From Raillietiella orientalis (Eukaryota): a stretch of DNA of 64,000 nucleotides. The position numbers and the translations under genes were made by a program. Positions within the stretch are counted from its first letter, which is position 1. Each line of letters begins with the position of its first letter. Below, piece by piece: positions 62,933-64,000 of this stretch. Below the pieces are notes generated by a model that did no database searches, was not told the origin of the DNA, and saw only the letters and a list, made by a program, of their open reading frames with translations. The DNA lies in assembly GCA_036172245.1 (NCBI GenBank), contig JAYWIR010000021.1, forward strand, positions 1,922,001-1,986,000. The letters are read 5' to 3'.

Positions 62933-63722
62933 TTTTCACCGGGATACCCCCTCAACGGAGGCGTTCATCAAAATTGAAAAGAAGCTCATAAATTGTGGTA
63001 GGGCGCGTGGTCCAACCACACTCCGTTTGTCCATGGATCTCCTGGGTCTCCGGCACGCAGACCAGCGGGGGTCACCTCGACAGCAGAGGGGGAGGAGAGA
63101 AAAACTGAAAGAATAAAATGAAAGAATACATAAAAATCTTTGGAAGAGTCAGGAGGGGGCCACTGTCCGCTGGAGAAAGTCTGGATCCTTTCCAGGATGC
63201 CAGCTAGGTCCGTCTAAATAGGTCCCAAGTGGGACCATCTGGCTACTGTCATCCACAGAAAGTGGAAGTGTACACTCGATGGGTACCTCCCGTTTCTTCC
63301 TCCGTCGGCTTCGCCCCGGGCAGTCCCGTGGTCTCAGCAAGGAGCTGCTGGGACTGCGGCTGGCTGCAGGGCGTCCCGCACAAAGAGAAACCGTAAAACG
63401 TCCCTAGAGGTGCCATCCCGAATGCGGGGGGCCTCCTCAAAACAGGGGTCCTACCACAACGGCAGGAGGGCAGCACAGTCCACAAGCAGGTGCATGGAGG
63501 GGGGGCTCCCGTTCCGCCCCGCACCTGCAGCAGTCCGGGTCCGCCCTCCCCAGTGTCCGTTGGTGTCGGCGTGTCGGTTGCAGGGAAGATCCCAGTTCAA
63601 CAGCGGAAGTTCCGACTCCCTGCCACTTCAGGGGGATGGTGTGCTGTTCTTGAGCGCCGGGGGGCACTCCAGGTCTTCGCTAAGAATGCTTAGCTGCTCG
63701 CTCCAGCTCTGTACTCCTCGTG
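62933..63722 (-). pseudogene. Frameshifted paralogue of the 28706-29812 LINE 3' fragment
   Basis: WSEQLSILSEDLECPPALKNS / IPLKWQ / WDLPC / DPDCCRCGAEREPP / HLLVDCAALLPLW / RWSHLG..LAGILERI align with WGELLAIPPGEVKWPPACWNS / LPMKWQ / WGLPC / CARCGEKET / HLLVECVALRPLW / RWPHLG..LARILNRI. The two copies share the 3' terminal motif atcc(g/c)ggtga(t/a)aa. Confidence 0.8.
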
Positions 63723-64000
63723 GAGAAAAAAGTACCTTTCTCTTACGCCTGGAGGGTTGTCTCCCAGGGAAAAACCTCTTCCTTGTTCTTTCCGGAAGAA
63801 CCCCGGAGGGATCCACTTTTTCTTTTCCGAAGGGAACCGGGAAAGGATCCGTCCTTGGAATTTTCTCACCGTAGGGAACCCACACGTGAACCACTCCCTG
63901 TTTCTTTCTCCTCTGAAGAGAACCCCGGAAGGACGCTTCCCTATTTTCCCTGAGGAGCGCTCCCCGAAGGGAGCAGCGCGCTTCTTGGCACCCTGGAAAG
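63722..64000 (-). mobile_element. SINE-like family, internal part running off the window edge (copy L)
   Basis: Reverse complement of aagaagcgcgctgctcccttcggggagcgc...gaagcgtccttccggggttctcttcagagga...ggttcccttcggaaaagaaaaa...ggagacaacc. Confidence 0.82.

Noticed and set aside
63905..63985. Hammerhead-like CUGAxGA cores (ctgaagag, ctgaggag) on the SINE antisense strand and an HDV-like ttcctc loop in the 3' module
   Set aside because: There is no GAAA after a closed stem II and no consistent P1/P2/P3 pairing by eye; a covariance search would be needed.

Overview
Eukaryotic (animal, probably arthropod/ecdysozoan) genomic DNA. Nearly all entries in the ORF track are spurious, and the real genes are split into short exons. 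Two genes are transcribed divergently. (1) On the minus strand are the first four coding exons of a Cadherin-86C-like protein (8278->2616, continuing off the left edge). (2) On the plus strand is a Drgx (Drg11/Prrxl1) paired-class Q50 homeobox gene (ATG 39598 to stop 61920). It has an N-terminal MFCYHCP motif, a homeodomain split over three exons, a C-terminal LCSxC motif and an OAR domain; the linker exon(s) between 51194 and ~61500 are unresolved. The intergenic region and large introns hold many decayed non-LTR retrotransposons (L1/Tx1-like endonuclease, RT and zf-RVT pieces; R2/NeSL-like RT and CCHC pieces). They also hold about 12 copies or fragments of one ~700-nt tRNA-headed SINE-like element. 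That element is the most unusual thing here: its body is a modular chain of cUUCGg/cUCCGg-capped hairpins, it carries a CTCF/YY1-like motif just after the tRNA head, and it is repeatedly fused to LINE fragments. Other items are a ~460-bp foldback in a Drgx homeobox intron, a strongly AT-rich island (18.2-22.3 kb), GC-enriched retroelement fossils, and a possibly spliced orphan ORF at ~17 kb. All homology calls come from visual motif recognition, not database searches, and TE boundaries are approximate.
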